Origin: Vicinamibacterales bacterium
Lineage (GTDB): Bacteria > Acidobacteriota > Vicinamibacteria > Vicinamibacterales > UBA2999
Reading direction: 5' to 3'
Length of the DNA stretch: 64,000 nucleotides
Assembly: GCA_050183355.1 (NCBI GenBank)
Contig: JBFXBH010000004.1
Coordinates: forward strand, 1,807-65,806
Shown: positions 15,397-27,814 of the stretch, piece by piece
How the letters are laid out: every line of letters begins with the position of its first letter
Position numbering within the stretch: position 1 is the stretch's first letter
Notes under the pieces: model-generated
Databases searched by the model: none
What the model was told of the DNA's origin: nothing
What the model saw: only the letters and a program-made list of their open reading frames with translations
Position numbers and translations under genes: made by a program

Positions 15397-16272
15397 ATGG
15401 CGGTCCTCCTCGACAGGAACACCCGGCTCATCGTCCAGGGGCTCACGGGCAAGGAAGGCACCTTCCACGGCAAGCAGGCGGCGGCCTACGGTACCAACGT
15501 CGTCGGCGGCACCTCTCCCGGCAAGGGCGGTACGACGCACGAGGGCTTCCCGATCTTCAACACGGTGGCGGACGCACGGGCGCAGACGGGCGCCAACGCG
15601 TCGGTGATCTTCGTGCCGCCGCCGTTCGCCGCGGACGCGATCATGGAGGCCGCCGACGCCGGGATCGAGCTGGTGGTCTGCATCACCGAGGGCATTCCGG
15701 TGGTCGACATGCTGAAGGCGGTGACCTTCCTCAAGAGCCACCCGAAGACCCGCCTCATCGGTCCGAACTGCCCCGGCATCATCTCGCCGGGCAAGGGCAA
15801 GGCCGGCATCATTCCGCACAACATCGTCCGCGAGGGCCGGATCGGAATCGTTTCGAAGTCCGGCACGCTGACCTACGAGGCGATCCACCAGCTCTCGCAG
15901 GTCGGCATGGGGCAGACGACGTGCATCGGCATCGGCGGCGACCCGCTGATCGGCACGAGCCACATCGACGCGCTGAAGCTGTTCAAGGACGACCCCGACA
16001 CCGAGGCCGTGATCATGATCGGCGAGATCGGCGGCAGCGCCGAGCAGGAGGCCGCGGCCTACATCAAGGCCGAGTTCACGAAGCCGGTCGTCGGCTTCAT
16101 CGCGGGGCAGACGGCGCCGCCCGGACGCCGGATGGGCCACGCGGGGGCCATCATCTCGGGCGGCTCGGGGACCGCCGCCGAGAAGATGGCGGCGCTGACG
16201 GCTGCCGGCGTGCGCGTCGTCAAGAGCCCGGCCGACATGGGCCGGGCGATGCAGGAGCTGCTCGGCCGCTGA
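15397..16272 (+). CDS. sucD: succinyl-CoA synthetase alpha subunit
   Basis: 291 aa. [21 protein letters not shown], and the phosphohistidine loop MGHAGAII. Confidence 0.96.
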   Translation: MAVLLDRNTRLIVQGLTGKEGTFHGKQAAAYGTNVVGGTSPGKGGTTHEGFPIFNTVADARAQTGANASVIFVPPPFAADAIMEAADAGIELVVCITEGIPVVDMLKAVTFLKSHPKTRLIGPNCPGIISPGKGKAGIIPHNIVREGRIGIVSKSGTLTYEAIHQLSQVGMGQTTCIGIGGDPLIGTSHIDALKLFKDDPDTEAVIMIGEIGGSAEQEAAAYIKAEFTKPVVGFIAGQTAPPGRRMGHAGAIISGGSGTAAEKMAALTAAGVRVVKSPADMGRAMQELLGR

Positions 16273-16313
16273 CGGCGGCCGGGGCGCATTTTCAGAACGG
16301 ATACACGGAGCAC

Positions 16314-16733
16314 ATGGCCACCGAACGGACATTCGCAATCATCAAGCCGGACGCCGTCGAGGCGAAGCTGGCGGGGCAGATCCTCGCGCGCATCGAGGCG
16401 GCGGGGTTCACCGTGCGGGCCATGCGCCTGCAGCATCTGACGAAGCAGGAAGCGGAGGGCTTCTACGCCGTGCACGCCGCGCGGCCGTTCTTCGGCGCGC
16501 TGACCGACTTCATGTCGTCCGGGCCGTGCATCCTGCTGGCGCTGGAGGCCGAGGGCGCGATCCTGAAGTGGCGGACGCTGATGGGCGCCACGGACCCGGC
16601 CAAGGCCGACGCGGGTACGCTGCGCAAGGACTTCGGGCAGTCCATCGACAAGAACGCGACCCACGGGTCGGACGCGCCGGAGACGGCCGCATTCGAGCTC
16701 GGCTACTTCTTCCGGGGTCTCGAACTCCGCTGA
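16314..16733 (+). CDS. ndk: nucleoside diphosphate kinase
   Basis: Start at [15 protein letters not shown] (ATG 16314) within ORF 15348..16733. NATHGSD active-site His. Confidence 0.95.
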   Translation: MATERTFAIIKPDAVEAKLAGQILARIEAAGFTVRAMRLQHLTKQEAEGFYAVHAARPFFGALTDFMSSGPCILLALEAEGAILKWRTLMGATDPAKADAGTLRKDFGQSIDKNATHGSDAPETAAFELGYFFRGLELR

Positions 16734-16740
16734 GGCCGCG

Positions 16741-16938
16741 GTGGCACGCCTGTTCATCCTCGCCGGACTGGTGCTGGTGGGGGTCGGCGTGCTGCTGGCG
16801 CTCGGCGTGCCGCTGGGACGCCTGCCGGGCGACTTCACGTTTCGCCGGGGGTCCCTGACCGTCTCGTTCCCGCTGGCCACGTCGATCCTGGCCAGCATCG
16901 TGCTGACGCTGCTGCTGAACTGGCTCTTTCGCCGCTAG
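16741..16938 (+). CDS. small two-TM membrane protein (DUF2905-like)
   Basis: 65 aa, GTG start. The [25 protein letters not shown] pattern is typical of the DUF2905 family as I remember it. Confidence 0.6.
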   Translation: MARLFILAGLVLVGVGVLLALGVPLGRLPGDFTFRRGSLTVSFPLATSILASIVLTLLLNWLFRR

Positions 16939-16952
16939 AACCCGGAGTCGCG

Positions 16953-17510
16953 ATGCCCTCGATCAAGTCCGACAGGTGGATCCGGAAGATGGCCCTCGAA
17001 CACAGGATGATCGAGCCCTTCGAGGACCGGCAGGTGCGGGAGGGCGTCGTGTCCTACGGGCTGTCGTCCTACGGCTACGACATCCGCGTCGCCGACGAGT
17101 TCAAGGTCTTCACCAACATCAACAGCACGGTGATCGACCCGAAGAACTTCGACGCCCGGTCGTTCGTGGACATCAAGACGGATGTCTGCATCGTGCCGCC
17201 GAACTCGTTCGCGCTGGCCCGGACGGTCGAGTACTTCCGCATCCCCCGCGACGTGCTGACGGTCTGTCTCGGCAAGTCCACCTACGCGCGCTGCGGCATC
17301 ATCGTGAACGTGACGCCGTTCGAGCCCGAGTGGGAAGGGAACGTCACGCTCGAGATCTCCAACACGACGCCGCTGCCCGCCAAGATCTACGCGCACGAGG
17401 GCATCGCCCAGGTGCTGTTCTTCCAGAGCGACGAGGTCTGCGAGGTCTCGTACAAGGACAAGAAGGGCAAGTACCAGGCCCAGACCGGCCTCACCCTCCC
17501 GCGGATGTAG
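16953..17510 (+). CDS. dcd: dCTP deaminase
   Basis: 185 aa. [20 protein letters not shown], and [15 protein letters not shown]. Confidence 0.93.
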   Translation: MPSIKSDRWIRKMALEHRMIEPFEDRQVREGVVSYGLSSYGYDIRVADEFKVFTNINSTVIDPKNFDARSFVDIKTDVCIVPPNSFALARTVEYFRIPRDVLTVCLGKSTYARCGIIVNVTPFEPEWEGNVTLEISNTTPLPAKIYAHEGIAQVLFFQSDEVCEVSYKDKKGKYQAQTGLTLPRM

Positions 17511-17511
17511 C

Positions 17512-17546
17512 GGGCGGCGCGGGGGCCGCCCCTGCCGCCCCGGCAG
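17512..17546 (+). terminator. two adjacent GC hairpins after dcd (weak terminator candidate, no U-tract)
   Basis: GGGCGGC(17512-18)/GCCGCCC(17525-31), then CTGCCG(17532-37)/CGGCAG(17541-46). Confidence 0.2.
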
Positions 17547-17573
17547 GGCTCCGCTCACGATAAGATCGAGCCC

Positions 17574-18101
17574 GTGATCCGGCCTTTCCGATCCGTTCTG
17601 CCCACCATCGCCCCGTCCGCCTTCGTCGACGAGTCCGCCCAGGTCATCGGGGACGTCCACCTCGGCGCGGAGTGCAGCGTCTGGATGAACGTCGTCATCC
17701 GGGGCGACGTGAACAGCATCCGGATCGGCGACCGCACGAACATCCAGGACGGCACCATCCTGCATGTGAACCGCGTGCCGTCGTACCCGTGCGTCGTCGG
17801 GAGCGCCGTCACCATCGGCCACATGGCGATGGTGCACGGCTGCACGATCGAGGACCGGTGCCTGATCGGCATGGGCGCCATCCTGCTGAACGGCTGCCGG
17901 ATCGGCACCGGGTCGATCGTCGCGGCCGGCGCGCTCGTGCCGGAGGGGATGCAGATCCCGCCCGGGTCGATGGTGATGGGGACGCCGGCGAAGGTGCGCC
18001 GCGCGCTGACGCCGGACGAGGACGCCTCGCTCGACAAGTACGCCGAGAGCTATGTGAAGTACCGGCTCGACTACATGCCGGCGCCGGTCCCGGCCTCGTG
18101 A
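17574..18101 (+). CDS. gamma-carbonic-anhydrase-like left-handed beta-helix protein (YrdA/PaaY family)
   Basis: 175 aa, GTG start. Hexapeptide repeats, and IGDRTNIQDGTILH with conserved His residues. Confidence 0.85.
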   Translation: MIRPFRSVLPTIAPSAFVDESAQVIGDVHLGAECSVWMNVVIRGDVNSIRIGDRTNIQDGTILHVNRVPSYPCVVGSAVTIGHMAMVHGCTIEDRCLIGMGAILLNGCRIGTGSIVAAGALVPEGMQIPPGSMVMGTPAKVRRALTPDEDASLDKYAESYVKYRLDYMPAPVPAS

Positions 18102-19456
18102 GCGCCCCGAAGCTCAACACCGGCCCGGCGCGCGGGATGCGCGACTTCCTGCCGGCGGACGTCCGCCGCCGGGAGTACGTCATCGATGTCGTGACGCGCG
18201 TCTACCGGTCCTACGGCTTCGAGCCGCTGGAGACGCCGGCCGTCGAGAACATCGAGACGCTGCTCGGCAAGTACGGCGAGGAGGGCAACCAGCTCATCTT
18301 CAAGATCCTCAAGCGCGGCGAGCACGAGGCGAGCGGGCAGGCGGACCTCGCGCTGCGCTACGACCTGACGGTGCCGCTGGCGCGCGTCGTCGCCGAGCAC
18401 CGCGCGAAGCTGCCGCGGCTGTTCCGGCGCTATCAGATCCAGCCGGTGTGGCGTGCCGACCGTCCCGCGCGCGGGCGGTTCCGTGAGTTCTATCAGTGCG
18501 ACGTCGACGCGCTGGGGTCCACGTCGCCGGCCGTCGAGGCCGAACTGTGCGGCGCGGTGAGCCAGGTGCTGACCGGGCTGGGGTTCACGGATTTCACGAT
18601 CCGGCTGAACCACCGCGAACTGCTGCGGGCCGTGCTCGAGTCGGCCGGCGTGCCGGCGGCATTGCACGGCGACGCCCTGATCGCCGTCGACAAGCTGGAC
18701 AAGGTCGGGGCGGACGGTGTGACCGCCGAACTGGCGGCCCGTGGCGTGGCCGCGGACGCCGCCGCGGCGCTGCTCGGCGTGTTCGCGGCGGCCGACGCGG
18801 ACAACGACGCCGCGCTGTCACGGCTCGCGGCGTTCGTGACGGCGGCCGGTGGGGACGTGCCCGCCTTCATCGGCAACCTGCGGGAGATCCTCGTGCTCGC
18901 GGAGCGGACCCCGGCGGCCGGCCACATCCGGGTCGACGCGTCGCTGGCCCGCGGGCTCTCGTACTACACCGGCGCGATCTTCGAGATTGCCGTCACCGAC
19001 CTGCCCGGCAGCCTTGGCGGCGGGGGGCGGTACGACGGTCTCGTCGGCATGTTCTCGGGCGAGCAGGTGCCGGCCTGCGGGTTCTCGCTCGGCCTGGAGC
19101 GGATCCTCGTCGTCATGGGGGAGCGGAACCTGTTTCCGCCGGAACTCTCGACGGCGCCCGCCGACGTCATGGTGTCCGTGTTCCGCGGCGAGGACACCGG
19201 GCACGCGTTGCAGCTGGCGGGCGTGCTCCGGCAGGCCGGACTCCGGGTGCTCGTCTACCCGGACGTGGATAAGATGGGCAAACAGCTCAAGTACGCCAGC
19301 GGGTGCGGCATCCCCGTCGTCGCGATACTGGGTGAGTCGGAGGTGGCGGCCGGCACGGTCACCATCAAGCAGCTCGCCGACGGCCGGCAGGAGACGGCGC
19401 CCCAGGCGGGCGCGGCCGGCGTCATTGCAGGATTTCTAGGAGAGGTACGTGGCTGA
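18098..19456 (+). CDS. hisS: histidyl-tRNA synthetase
   Basis: GTG at 18098 (GTGA overlap with the previous stop), in frame with ORF 17672..19456. GMRDFLP, FRRYQIQPVWRADRPARGRFREFYQCD (motif 2), and GGGRYDGL (motif 3). Confidence 0.9.
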   Translation: MSAPKLNTGPARGMRDFLPADVRRREYVIDVVTRVYRSYGFEPLETPAVENIETLLGKYGEEGNQLIFKILKRGEHEASGQADLALRYDLTVPLARVVAEHRAKLPRLFRRYQIQPVWRADRPARGRFREFYQCDVDALGSTSPAVEAELCGAVSQVLTGLGFTDFTIRLNHRELLRAVLESAGVPAALHGDALIAVDKLDKVGADGVTAELAARGVAADAAAALLGVFAAADADNDAALSRLAAFVTAAGGDVPAFIGNLREILVLAERTPAAGHIRVDASLARGLSYYTGAIFEIAVTDLPGSLGGGGRYDGLVGMFSGEQVPACGFSLGLERILVVMGERNLFPPELSTAPADVMVSVFRGEDTGHALQLAGVLRQAGLRVLVYPDVDKMGKQLKYASGCGIPVVAILGESEVAAGTVTIKQLADGRQETAPQAGAAGVIAGFLGEVRG

Positions 19457-21224
19457 GCAACTGGGTGACCTGACACGCACGCACACCTGCGGCGCGCTGC
19501 GCACGGGCGATGTGGGCAGGGACGTCGTGCTCCTCGGGTGGGTGCACCGCGTCCGCGATCTCGGCGGTGTCCTGTTCGTGGACATCCGTGATCGGAGCGG
19601 CGTGACGCAGGTCGTCTTCGACGCGGATGACGACGCGACGCTCGCCAAGGCGAAGAAGCTGCGGTCGGAGTTCGTGGTCGGCGTGGCCGGCAGCGTGCGG
19701 CGCCGTTCGGAGGAGACGGTCAATCCGAAGCTCGAGACCGGCGACGTCGAGGTCGTCGTGACCACGCTGACGATCCTCAACGAGGCGAAGACGCCGCCGT
19801 TCCCTGTCGCCGACGACTCGCCGGTATCGGAGGACGTCCGCCTGAAGTATCGCTACCTCGACCTGCGGCGTCCGCGGCTCCAGTCGAACATCATCCTGCG
19901 CCACCGGCTGACGACGGCGATCCGCCGCTACTTCGACGACGAGGGCTTCCTGGAGATCGAGACGCCCATCCTCAACAAGTCGACGCCCGAAGGCGCCCGC
20001 GACTATCTGGTGCCGAGCCGCGTGCACCCGGGTGAGTTCTTCGCGCTGCCGCAGTCGCCGCAGCTCTTCAAGCAGATCCTGATGGTGTCCGGCATGGACA
20101 GGTACATGCAGATCTGCAAGTGCTTCCGCGACGAGGACCTGCGCGCCGACCGGCAGCCGGAGTTCACGCAGGTCGATGTGGAGATGTCGTTCGCGCGGCC
20201 GGAGACGATCTTCGACCTGATCGAGCCGCTGATGGTCCAGGTGTTCGACCTGATCGGCGTCAAGGTCGAGACACCGTTCCTGCGGATGCCGTACGCCGAG
20301 GCGATGGCCACCTACGGCTCGGACAAGCCGGACCTGCGGCCGGGGATGCCCATCCAGGACCTCGGACACCTGTTCACCGACTCGCAGTTCCGCGTGTTCA
20401 AGGAGATCGTCAACGGCGGCGGCACGGTCCGCGGCTTCGTCGTGAAGCAGGCTGGCGGCTACTCACGGAGCGAGGTGGACGGCATCGTCGACGAGGCCAA
20501 GGCGCTCGGCGCCAGCGGCCTGGTCTGGGCCCGCCGCGCGGACGACGGCACGGTCACGAGTTCCGTCATGAAGGCGCTCGGCGAGGCGGAGGTCGTCCGC
20601 GCGCTGGACGCCGCCGGCTGCGGCAACGGTGACCTGCTGCTGATCTCGGCCGGGGAGCCGGACACGGCGTCGAAGCTGCTCGGCCAGATCCGGCTGAGCC
20701 TCGCGAAGCGGAAGGGGCTGCTCGACGGGAAGGACTTCCGCTTCCTGTGGGTCGTGGACTTCCCGCTGCTCGACTGGGATCCGGACGCGAAGCGGTTCGT
20801 CGCGATGCACCACCCGTTCACGTCCCCGATGGATGCCGACCTCCCGCTGATGGAGACGGACCCCGGCAAGGCCCGCGCGAAGGCGTACGACCTGGTGCTG
20901 AACGGCAGCGAGATTGGCGGCGGCAGCATCCGTATCCATGACGCGGCGCTGCAGAGCCGGATGTTCTCGCTGCTGAACATCAGTCCGGAGGAGGCCGCCT
21001 CCCGGTTCGGGTTCTTCCTCGAGGCGCTGGAGTACGGCACGCCGCCACACGGCGGGATCGCGCTCGGGCTGGACCGGCTCGTGGCGCTGCTGGCCGGCGA
21101 GTCGTCCATCCGGGAGGTCATGGCCTTCCCGAAGACCGCGGCGGCCAGGGATCAGATGTCGGAGGCTCCGTCGGCGGTCGAGCCGCGGCAGCTCAAGGAA
21201 CTCCACATCCAGATCACGCGATGA
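19449..21224 (+). CDS. aspS: aspartyl-tRNA synthetase
   Basis: 591 aa, GTG start. OB-fold N-terminus, [18 protein letters not shown] (motif 2), and [10 protein letters not shown] (motif 3). Confidence 0.96.
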   Translation: MAEQLGDLTRTHTCGALRTGDVGRDVVLLGWVHRVRDLGGVLFVDIRDRSGVTQVVFDADDDATLAKAKKLRSEFVVGVAGSVRRRSEETVNPKLETGDVEVVVTTLTILNEAKTPPFPVADDSPVSEDVRLKYRYLDLRRPRLQSNIILRHRLTTAIRRYFDDEGFLEIETPILNKSTPEGARDYLVPSRVHPGEFFALPQSPQLFKQILMVSGMDRYMQICKCFRDEDLRADRQPEFTQVDVEMSFARPETIFDLIEPLMVQVFDLIGVKVETPFLRMPYAEAMATYGSDKPDLRPGMPIQDLGHLFTDSQFRVFKEIVNGGGTVRGFVVKQAGGYSRSEVDGIVDEAKALGASGLVWARRADDGTVTSSVMKALGEAEVVRALDAAGCGNGDLLLISAGEPDTASKLLGQIRLSLAKRKGLLDGKDFRFLWVVDFPLLDWDPDAKRFVAMHHPFTSPMDADLPLMETDPGKARAKAYDLVLNGSEIGGGSIRIHDAALQSRMFSLLNISPEEAASRFGFFLEALEYGTPPHGGIALGLDRLVALLAGESSIREVMAFPKTAAARDQMSEAPSAVEPRQLKELHIQITR

Positions 21225-22225
21225 GGCGCATCGTCCTGCCGGACGACGGCGTGGAGGCGATCTTCGGGCCTCGTGACAGCAACCTGAAGCACATCGAGGG
21301 GCTGCTGGGCGTCCGCCTGCGCACGCAGGGGCACGAGGTGTTCGCCGAGGGGCCCCGGGAGGCCGAGGCCTTGGCGGAGCGCATCTTCCAGCAGCTCGGG
21401 CTGCTGGCCGGCGAGGGCTACACGCTCGGGAATGGCGACGTGAAGACGGCCGCCCAGCTCATCGTGGACAACCACGACCTCGACCTGCGCGACTACTTTC
21501 TGAAGGGCGTGCAGCGGCAGGCGGGACGCAAGCGGATCGCGCCGAAGACGCTCAACCAGCGCCGGTATCTCGAGGCCATCGAACAGCACGACATCGTGTT
21601 CGGCGTCGGGCCGGCCGGCACGGGCAAGACGTACCTCGCGATGGCCGAGGCGGTCAGCTACCTGCTGTCGAAGCGCGTGAACCGGATCATCCTGGCGCGG
21701 CCGGCCGTCGAGGCCGGGGAGAAGCTGGGCTTCCTTCCGGGCGACCTCGCCGAGAAGGTGAATCCGTACCTCCGCCCGCTCTATGATGCGCTCTACGACA
21801 TGCTCGACGCCGAAAAGGCGGAGCGGCTGATCGAGCGCGGCACGATCGAGGTCGCCCCGCTGGCCTTCATGCGCGGCCGCACGCTGAACGACGCGTTCGT
21901 GATCCTCGACGAGGCCCAGAACGCCACGTCCGAGCAGATGAAGATGTTTCTGACGCGGCTCGGCTTCGGGTCGAAGGCCGTCGTGACGGGCGACGTCACG
22001 CAGGTCGACCTGCCCGGCGGCAAGTCCGGGCTGGTCGAGGCGCTGCGCATCGTGCGCAACGTGGCCGGCATCGGCTTCGTCGACTTCGACGACCGCGACG
22101 TCGTGCGCCACAAGCTCGTGCAGGAGATCGTGCGCGCGTACGAGCGCGCGGCGGCGCCGCTGCTCGACCACGACCGCCCGGACGCCGGTCCGGCCGGTGC
22201 CGTGACGACGGAGCCCGGGAACTGA
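21221..22225 (+). CDS. phoH: PhoH-like ATPase (YbeZ)
   Basis: 334 aa. Walker [12 protein letters not shown], and ILDEAQN. Confidence 0.92.
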   Translation: MRRIVLPDDGVEAIFGPRDSNLKHIEGLLGVRLRTQGHEVFAEGPREAEALAERIFQQLGLLAGEGYTLGNGDVKTAAQLIVDNHDLDLRDYFLKGVQRQAGRKRIAPKTLNQRRYLEAIEQHDIVFGVGPAGTGKTYLAMAEAVSYLLSKRVNRIILARPAVEAGEKLGFLPGDLAEKVNPYLRPLYDALYDMLDAEKAERLIERGTIEVAPLAFMRGRTLNDAFVILDEAQNATSEQMKMFLTRLGFGSKAVVTGDVTQVDLPGGKSGLVEALRIVRNVAGIGFVDFDDRDVVRHKLVQEIVRAYERAAAPLLDHDRPDAGPAGAVTTEPGN

Positions 22226-22226
22226 C

Positions 22227-22703
22227 GTGCCTGCGCGCCCCCGAAGTACGGCGCCCGCACGACGCGCGAAGCCCCGCCTCACCGTGGAGGTCGTCGCCGG
22301 TGGCGTGACGGCGGCCCGGGGACTCGGCCCGTGGCTGGCCACCGCGGGGCCGGCGCGGGCGAAGGGCGCGGTGTGCGTCGCGCTGCTGAGTGACGCCCGC
22401 GTGCGGGCACTGAACCGGCAGTTCCGGAAGGTCGACGCGGCGACGGACGTGCTCTCGTTCCCGTCCGCGCCGCTCGACGGGGCGCTCGGCGACATCGTGA
22501 TCGCGACCGGCGTGGCGCGCCGGCAGGCACGGGAGGCGGGCCACGCGCTGACGACGGAGCTGCGCGTGCTCGCGCTGCACGGCCTGCTGCATCTGCTGGG
22601 CTACGACCACGAGACGGACGACGGGGAGATGGCCCGCGTCGAGCGCCGGCTGCGGGCGCGCCACGGGCTGCCGGCCGGGCTCATCGAGAGGGCCCGCCCA
22701 TGA
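22227..22703 (+). CDS. ybeY: rRNA maturation endoribonuclease YbeY
   Basis: 158 aa. HGLLHLLGYDHETD zinc motif. Confidence 0.92.
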   Translation: MPARPRSTAPARRAKPRLTVEVVAGGVTAARGLGPWLATAGPARAKGAVCVALLSDARVRALNRQFRKVDAATDVLSFPSAPLDGALGDIVIATGVARRQAREAGHALTTELRVLALHGLLHLLGYDHETDDGEMARVERRLRARHGLPAGLIERARP

Positions 22704-23944
22704 TGCCGCTGGTGCTGTTCGTGCTGGCCTGCCTGACGGTGGCGCTCGGGTGCGTGGAGACCGCGTTCTCCGCGATGCTCCGGCTCTCGCTCCGGCTGAT
22801 GGCGGAGCGGGATGACGAGAACGACCGGCTGACCGCGTACCTCGCCGACCCGCTGTCCCTGTTCGTGCCGGTGCGGCTGCTCTCGGCGGCCTGTCTCGTG
22901 CTGGCGGCGCTGCTGATCCAGCTCGCGACGGGCGCGGCCGGCTGGCAGGCGGCGCTCATCATCTTCCTGGCCATGGGCACCTGGACGCTGGGGCTGCAGT
23001 ACGCGCTGCCGGTGCTGATCGTGCGGCGCGACCCCGAGCAGGCGCTGACGCTGCTGCTGCCGCTCTTCGACGCGGCGGCGCGCCCGCTGGCGGCGGTCAC
23101 CCGTCCGCTGGTCGGCCTGGTGGCCGGCATGCGGGCGTCCGAGCGGTCGCCGGAATCGGGCGACGGCGCCGAGGATACCGGCCAGCCCGGCGCCACGGAG
23201 GGCGCGGACGAGGCGACGATCTCCGACGCGGAAGGGCGGGAGCTGCTGAAGTCGGTCGTCGACTTCACCGACGCGCTGGTCAAGGAGCTGATGACGCCGC
23301 GTCCCGACATCGTCGCGATCCCGGTGACGGCGTCGCTGGCGGACCTCCGCAACCTGTTCCGCGAGGAGCAGTACTCGCGCATCCCCGTCTACCGCGACAG
23401 CCTCGACAACGTGGTCGGCATCGTGTTCGTCAAGGACCTCGTCGCGCTGCCGCCCGGCGCGGAGCCGCCGCTGACGACGCTGATGCGGACGCCCCAGTTC
23501 GTGCCCGAGAGCAAGCGCGCCACGGACCTGCTCAAGGAACTGCAGCGCCGCCAGACCCACATGGCGATCGTGGTGGATGAGTACGGCGGCACGGCGGGGC
23601 TCGTCACCGTCGAGGATCTGATCGAGGAGATCGTCGGCGAGATCCGCGACGAGTACGACACCGAGAGCGACGCCATCATCGAGGAGGAGGACGGCGCGCT
23701 GCTCGTGCAGGGCAAGGCTGCCGTGGACGACGTCGCCGACCGTCTTGCGGTCTCGATCCTCCGCGAGGGCTTCGACACGGTCGGCGGATTCCTGCTCGCA
23801 CGCCTGGGCCGGATGCCGTATGTCGGCGAGACGTTCGAGACGGACGGGCTCGAGGTGGAGGTCGTCGAGGTCGAGCGGCGGCGGATCACGAAGGTGCGTC
23901 TGCGGCGCCTGCCAGGCGCCGACGACGCCGAAGTGGCGCCGTGA
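22700..23944 (+). CDS. HlyC/CorC family transporter (DUF21 TM domain, CBS pair, CorC_HlyC C-domain)
   Basis: 414 aa. N-terminal TM helices, then [11 protein letters not shown]...RIPVY (CBS), then a C-terminal transporter-associated domain. Conserved position after phoH-ybeY. Confidence 0.85.
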   Translation: MMPLVLFVLACLTVALGCVETAFSAMLRLSLRLMAERDDENDRLTAYLADPLSLFVPVRLLSAACLVLAALLIQLATGAAGWQAALIIFLAMGTWTLGLQYALPVLIVRRDPEQALTLLLPLFDAAARPLAAVTRPLVGLVAGMRASERSPESGDGAEDTGQPGATEGADEATISDAEGRELLKSVVDFTDALVKELMTPRPDIVAIPVTASLADLRNLFREEQYSRIPVYRDSLDNVVGIVFVKDLVALPPGAEPPLTTLMRTPQFVPESKRATDLLKELQRRQTHMAIVVDEYGGTAGLVTVEDLIEEIVGEIRDEYDTESDAIIEEEDGALLVQGKAAVDDVADRLAVSILREGFDTVGGFLLARLGRMPYVGETFETDGLEVEVVEVERRRITKVRLRRLPGADDAEVAP

Positions 23945-24825
23945 GGTCCGGCACCGTCGCGCTGGTCGGGCGCCCGAACGCCGGCAAGTCCACGCTGCTG
24001 AACCGGCTGGTAGGGGAGAAGGTCGCCATCACGTCGGACAAGCCGCAGACGACGCGGACGCGGATCCTCGGCGTCAGGAACGACCCGGGCGGGCAGATCG
24101 TCTTCGTGGACACGCCCGGCGTGCATCGCCCCACGCACCGCCTGAACGTCCGGATGGTCGACGCCGCGCTGGACGCGATGCGCGAGGTGGACGTGGTCGT
24201 GCTCGTCGTGGACGCATCGGCGGAGACGGGGACGGGGGACCGGTTCATGCTCGATCGCGTGGCGCCGTTGACCGTGCCCGTGTTCCTGGCGCTGAACAAG
24301 GTCGACCGCGTCGAGAAGAACCAGCTGCTGCCGCTGATCGACGCGTACCGGCGGCAGCGCGAGTTCGCCGAGATCGTGCCCCTCTCGGCCTGGGACGGGA
24401 CCAACGTCGAGACGCTGGCCGGCCTGCTGCTCGCCCGGCTGCCCGAGGGCCCGCCGCTCTATCCCGAGGACTACCTGACCGACCAGCAGGAGCGGCAGAC
24501 GGCCGCCGAGCTGGTGCGCGAGCAGGTCCTCCGCTGCACGCGTGACGAACTGCCGTTCTCGACCGCCGTGGTCGTGGACCAGTTCCAGGAGGCCGAGGGC
24601 CCGAAGGGGACGCTCCGGCTGTACTGCACCATCCTCGTGGACCGCGACTCGCAGAAGGGGATCGTGGTCGGCAAGGGTGGGGCGATGATCCGGACCATCG
24701 GCACGGCCGCCCGCGCCGAGCTCGAGGCGCGCTTCGGCTGCAAGGTGTACCTCGACCTGCACGTGAAGGTGCGCCCGTCGTGGCGCGACGACGAGCGGAT
24801 GCTCGACGATCTCGGGCTGCACTGA
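23941..24825 (+). CDS. era: GTPase Era
   Basis: 294 aa, GTG start. [20 protein letters not shown], and a C-terminal KH domain. Confidence 0.95.
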   Translation: MRSGTVALVGRPNAGKSTLLNRLVGEKVAITSDKPQTTRTRILGVRNDPGGQIVFVDTPGVHRPTHRLNVRMVDAALDAMREVDVVVLVVDASAETGTGDRFMLDRVAPLTVPVFLALNKVDRVEKNQLLPLIDAYRRQREFAEIVPLSAWDGTNVETLAGLLLARLPEGPPLYPEDYLTDQQERQTAAELVREQVLRCTRDELPFSTAVVVDQFQEAEGPKGTLRLYCTILVDRDSQKGIVVGKGGAMIRTIGTAARAELEARFGCKVYLDLHVKVRPSWRDDERMLDDLGLH

Positions 24826-24897
24826 GCCGGTGCCAGTGGGAAAACCGTCACCCGGCCGAGGCAAGAATCGTGCTAAGGTGGCCAAGCGGTTTTTCTC

Positions 24898-26268
24898 ATG
24901 GCGCAGCGCAGAATCGACCTCGTCCTCGACTCCGTCAAGCGGCTGCTGCGCATTGGGGCGACGGCGAACCTGCTCAATCTGCTGCAGAAGCAGCACCCCG
25001 CCGACCTCGCCCAGCTCTTCAGTGAACTGACCGACCGCGACCGTGAGGCCGCGTTCTCCGTGCTGGCGGACCGGAACGGCCGGCTCGCGATGGAGGCCGT
25101 GTCCGAACTCGGGCCAGAGGCCGGCGCGGCGCTGCTCGGCACGCGGTCGGCGGAAGACATCGCGCGCCTCGCGCAGGAGATTCCGTCCGACGACGCCGCC
25201 GCGCTGATCGACTACCTGCCGGAGGAACTGTCGGCGGCCGTCCTCGACCTGATGCGGCCGAAGGAGTCGGGCGTCGTCGAGAACCTGCTCGAGTACGACG
25301 AGCAGACGGCCGGCCGCATCATGAACCCGCACGTCTTCGCACTCAGCGAGGACATGACGGTGGGGCAGGCCATCGCTGAACTGCAGGGCGCGCGGGACGT
25401 GGAGATGGTGTTCTATCTCTACGTCGTCGACGAGCGCCGGCACCTGGTCGGCGTGACGTCGCTGCGCCGGCTGCTGCTGGTCTCGCCCGAGACGCCGCTC
25501 AAGCGGATCATGACGTCCGACCTGATCAGCGCGCGGGTCGACACCGACCAGGAAGAAGTCGCGCGCCAGGTGGCGTCCTACAACCTGCTGGCGATTCCCG
25601 TCGTCGACCAGGAGAACAAGCTGGTCGGCGTCATCACAGTGGACGACGTCATCGACGTCATCAAGGACGAAGCGACGGAGGACATCCTCCGCCTGGCCGG
25701 CGTGTCCGGCGATGAGCGCGTGTTCACGCCCGCCCGGGAGTCGCTGAAGCTGCGGTTCCCGTGGCTGGCCGTCAACCTGGCGACGGCGTTCCTGGCGGCC
25801 TCCGTCGTCGCGCTGTTCGAGGGCACGATCAGCCAGTTGACGGTCCTCGCGATCTTCATGCCGATCGTCGCCGGCATGGGTGGCAACGCCGCGACGCAGA
25901 CGCTGACCGTCATCGTGCGGGGCATCGCGCTCGGCGAGCTCACCTGGGCGAACGCCCGGAAGGCGCTGATCAAGGAAGTGACCGTCGGCGTGAGCAACGG
26001 CCTCGCGACGGGGCTCATCGCGGCCGCGGTCGTGGCGCTCTTCCGCGGCGATCCGATCATCGGCGGGCTGCTCGGCGTGGCGATGCTGTTCAACCTGCTC
26101 GTGGCCGCGACGGCCGGCACGCTGATTCCGCTCGGCCTCAAGGCGCTGAAGATCGACCCGGCGCTGGCCTCGGCCGTGTTCATCACGATGTTCACGGACG
26201 TGGCCGGATTCGCGTCGTTCCTGGGCCTGGCGACGATCTACCTGCGGATGACCGGGAAGGTGGGCTGA
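24898..26268 (+). CDS. mgtE: magnesium transporter MgtE
   Basis: 456 aa. MgtE N-domain, CBS pair, and a C-terminal TM domain with the GGNAATQ motif. Confidence 0.93.
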   Translation: MAQRRIDLVLDSVKRLLRIGATANLLNLLQKQHPADLAQLFSELTDRDREAAFSVLADRNGRLAMEAVSELGPEAGAALLGTRSAEDIARLAQEIPSDDAAALIDYLPEELSAAVLDLMRPKESGVVENLLEYDEQTAGRIMNPHVFALSEDMTVGQAIAELQGARDVEMVFYLYVVDERRHLVGVTSLRRLLLVSPETPLKRIMTSDLISARVDTDQEEVARQVASYNLLAIPVVDQENKLVGVITVDDVIDVIKDEATEDILRLAGVSGDERVFTPARESLKLRFPWLAVNLATAFLAASVVALFEGTISQLTVLAIFMPIVAGMGGNAATQTLTVIVRGIALGELTWANARKALIKEVTVGVSNGLATGLIAAAVVALFRGDPIIGGLLGVAMLFNLLVAATAGTLIPLGLKALKIDPALASAVFITMFTDVAGFASFLGLATIYLRMTGKVG

Positions 26269-26275
26269 GCCCCCC

Positions 26276-26923
26276 GTGCCGCTGTACTCCGGCGACGCGC
26301 TGATTCTCCGGACCTACAAGCTCTCGGAAGCGGACCGGATCGTGGTGTTCCTGACGCGCGACCGCGGGAAGAAACGTGGCGTGGCGAAGGGGGCCCGGCG
26401 GCCGCGATCGCGGTTCACGGGGGCGCTGGAGCCGCTGACGGAGGTGAACGTTGCGTACTTCGAGAAGGAAGGACGCGAACTGGTCGGAATCAATTACGCT
26501 GACACGGTCCGATCGCCGCTGGCGCTGGCCGGCAGCGCCCTGGAGCACGTCGGCTACTTCGCGGAACTGCTGGACGAATGGGCCCAGGAGGCCGACGCCG
26601 ACGAGCGGCTCTTCCGGCTCGGCACGTCGATCCTGGACGCGCTGCAGGCCGGCGTGCCGGTCGTGCCGCTGGCCCGCTATTTCGAGTGCTGGCTGCTGCG
26701 GCTCCAGGGTCTCTATCCGGAGGCGCGCGGGGGGCTCTCGGCCGGGGCGCAGGCGTTTCTGACCGCGTCGCGGAACGTGGCACCCCGGCAGGTCGCGGGT
26801 CTGCCCGCGGATGCCGGCGTGCTGCGGGAACTGGAAGGCGCGCATCGGGCGCTGATCTCGATGCATCTGGAGAAGACACTGAAGTCGGATCGCGTGCTGC
26901 GCGAACTGCGCCGGCACGGCTGA
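26276..26923 (+). CDS. recO: DNA repair protein RecO
   Basis: 215 aa, GTG start. The N-terminal OB-fold pattern [25 protein letters not shown] is typical of RecO. Confidence 0.85.
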   Translation: MPLYSGDALILRTYKLSEADRIVVFLTRDRGKKRGVAKGARRPRSRFTGALEPLTEVNVAYFEKEGRELVGINYADTVRSPLALAGSALEHVGYFAELLDEWAQEADADERLFRLGTSILDALQAGVPVVPLARYFECWLLRLQGLYPEARGGLSAGAQAFLTASRNVAPRQVAGLPADAGVLRELEGAHRALISMHLEKTLKSDRVLRELRRHG

Positions 26924-26934
26924 GGCGGAACCCT

Positions 26935-27813
26935 GTGACCCTGCAAGACCTCATCCTCAAGCTCTCGGCCTACTGGGCCTCCCAGGGCTGCCTGCTGCAG
27001 CAGCCGCTGGACCTGGAGGTCGGCGCCGGCACGTCGCACCCGGAGACGCTGTTCCGCGTGCTCGGCGGCACGCCGTGGAGCGTCGCCTACGTCCAGCCGT
27101 CGCGCCGGCCCGACGACGGCCGCTTCGGCCAGAACCCGAACCGGCTCTTCAAGCACCATCAGTTCCAGGTGATCCTGAAGCCCTCGCCGGACGAGGTGCA
27201 GCAGCGGTACCTGGAGTCGCTCGAAGCGTGCGGCATCAATCCCCGCCAGCACGACATCCGCTTCGAGGAGGACAACTGGGAGTCGCCGACGCTCGGCGCG
27301 TGGGGCATCGGCTGGCAGGTGCTGCTCGACGGCATGGAGATCACGCAGTTCACCTACTTCCAGCAGGTCGGCGGCATCGACCTGTCGCCGATCTCGTGCG
27401 AGATCACCTACGGGCTCGAGCGCATCGCGATGTTCCTGCAGAAGGTCGACAACGTCTACGACCTCGAGTGGGGTGGCGGCGTGAAGTACGGCGAGGTGCG
27501 GCTGCGGGAGGAAGTGGAGCAGTCGAAGTACGCGTTCGGCCAGGTGAACATGCCGGAGGCCGAGTTCGCCGCGCTGCACCGGGACCTGTTCGACAAGTAC
27601 TACGGCTTTGCCGGCACGCTGCTGGAGTCGGGCCTCGTGCTGCCGGCGCTCGAGCACGCGCTGAAGTGCTCGCACCTGTTCAACATCCTTGACTCCAGCG
27701 GCAGCATCGGCGTGACCGAGCGCACGGCGTACATCCTGCGCGTGCGGCAACTGGCGGTGAAGATTGCGCGCGCCTACGCGGACTCGATCCAGGCGCCCGC
27801 CGGAGAACGCTGA
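26935..27813 (+). CDS. glyQ: glycyl-tRNA synthetase alpha subunit
   Basis: GTG at 26935, in frame with ORF 26578..27813. [37 protein letters not shown], and [10 protein letters not shown]. Confidence 0.94.
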   Translation: MTLQDLILKLSAYWASQGCLLQQPLDLEVGAGTSHPETLFRVLGGTPWSVAYVQPSRRPDDGRFGQNPNRLFKHHQFQVILKPSPDEVQQRYLESLEACGINPRQHDIRFEEDNWESPTLGAWGIGWQVLLDGMEITQFTYFQQVGGIDLSPISCEITYGLERIAMFLQKVDNVYDLEWGGGVKYGEVRLREEVEQSKYAFGQVNMPEAEFAALHRDLFDKYYGFAGTLLESGLVLPALEHALKCSHLFNILDSSGSIGVTERTAYILRVRQLAVKIARAYADSIQAPAGER

Positions 27814-27814
27814 C

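Noticed and set aside
24826-24897. Possible Mg-sensing M-box riboswitch upstream of mgtE
   Set aside because: Only 72 nt are available. I can fold just one 9-10-bp stem (GGGAAAACCG 24838-47 with CGGTTTTTC 24887-95). An M-box is roughly twice this size with several conserved helices. The hairpin abutting the ATG may still affect translation, but I cannot support a riboswitch call.
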